Sequence record: MF498774.1
Direction: 5' to 3' (one strand)
DNA: 24,000 bases
Source: Aeromonas phage AS-yj
Below, in pieces: positions 23,160-24,000 of this stretch (its first letter is position 1; each line of letters starts with the position of its first letter). The notes beneath the pieces are model-generated. The model had not been told where the DNA came from. It ran no database searches and saw only the letters and a list, made by a program, of their open reading frames with translations. The position numbers and the translations under genes were made by a program.

Positions 23160-24000
23160 TCAACCAAACAAGTCATCCAGTGAAAAGTTCGCAGGGCTTT
23201 CTTGTTTCCACCCAATCGCATCACAGATATTACCAAGTGGCTTTTGGAAGTGTTTACAATACATACCAACGAAATCAATATCCTTTTCTGGGTTAATTCC
23301 GAATTCGTCGGGGATCTTATCACCGGAGGGCCAAGCAATAGTTTCGATATGATATTTATTCGGAACCTTCAACATTGCATACTGAATTTTTTCACCAGAA
23401 CGGATTGGGTCAACGTAGGATACCGATTTCAACTGATCACAAATCTTGTTGTAGTTAATAGCTGCTTTAACGTGACCGGGACAACCAGATTTATGATTGA
23501 AAAATTCGTCTGAGTTCTTTTCAATATTATTTGCGCTACTTACTTGCGCAATCTTGCGATAGTCCTGTTTTGGATATTCACCCTTTACCTTGTCAACGTG
23601 AGCATGGAGATTTGTTTCATTCTCAGTCAAAATGATGTCAATCGCTTTTTCAAGGCATTCTGACGCAAAAGGTGGTGTACTGCTACGGCGTGTCTCGATA
23701 CCCATAATCTTGAGCTTTGGAACTACATTACCATGAGAGTCTAGCTTTCTCTTACCTTCGTTATCCCACACAGATAGAGCATATCGTTTCTTAGCTGTCC
23801 AGAACCCACGAGTTGCGATTACTTCACGGTCCATGAACAATTTATGGTCGAAATAGTTCATGTAATCTTTCAGTTCGCGATAACATTCATCGATATATGG
23901 CTCAACCATATTCTTTGCGAACTTATCAAGCATATCAACCCATTTAATAGGTTCGACATCCTCAATCTTAACACCTTTCTTGTCTGCCATCATTTTAACG
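23160..24000 (-). CDS. 43: DNA polymerase gp43-like (family B), C-terminal part, truncated by window edge
   Basis: Frame stays open past the track's internal Met to position 24000. GFWTAKKRYALSVWD, PKLKIMGIETRRSSTP, IAQVSSANNI, ETIAWPSGDKIPDE and terminal FSLDDLFG match T4 gp43. Confidence 0.95.
   Translation of the reverse strand, partial: VKMMADKKGVKIEDVEPIKWVDMLDKFAKNMVEPYIDECYRELKDYMNYFDHKLFMDREVIATRGFWTAKKRYALSVWDNEGKRKLDSHGNVVPKLKIMGIETRRSSTPPFASECLEKAIDIILTENETNLHAHVDKVKGEYPKQDYRKIAQVSSANNIEKNSDEFFNHKSGCPGHVKAAINYNKICDQLKSVSYVDPIRSGEKIQYAMLKVPNKYHIETIAWPSGDKIPDEFGINPEKDIDFVGMYCKHFQKPLGNICDAIGWKQESPANFSLDDLFG

Noticed and set aside
1-24000. tRNAs, CRISPR arrays, transposases, homing endonucleases, toxin-antitoxin or retron systems
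   Set aside because: Searched by eye on both strands. No cloverleaf, regular repeat-spacer pattern, reverse transcriptase or transposase/GIY-YIG/HNH motif was found.

Overview
This 24 kb window is a dense, entirely minus-strand gene block from a T4-like (Straboviridae-type) myovirus. It carries replication and recombination genes: the C-terminal part of DNA polymerase gp43 (open at the right edge), UvsX, a gp41-type helicase, a gp61-type primase, dUTPase, DexA-type exonuclease, an unsplit gp39 topoisomerase large subunit, rIIA and rIIB. A run of small accessory ORFs leads to a SprT-like metalloprotease, a soluble lytic transglycosylase/lysozyme-like protein, a GNAT-like protein, a DksA/TraR-like zinc-finger protein, and the N-terminus of a PseT/Pnk-like polynucleotide kinase cut off by the left edge. 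The supplied ORF track misses that kinase fragment and at least two credible small ORFs (35 aa with a TM segment; 37 aa zinc ribbon). The most interesting region is the small island between uvsX and gene 41 (about 20301-21917). It contains a protein resembling a stand-alone but degenerate Hint/intein fold and a protein resembling a large-terminase ATPase core with lost catalytic motifs. Other observations: -35 elements overlapping TGA stop codons, terminators with stop codons in or beside their stems, a candidate late promoter that would produce a ~50-nt hairpin RNA, a UvsX C-terminal tail resembling the polymerase clamp-binding tail, and an AT-rich segment with an embedded GC-rich palindromic element. 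No tRNA, CRISPR array or transposon was recognised. Family assignments come from motif recognition by eye; no database search was run.
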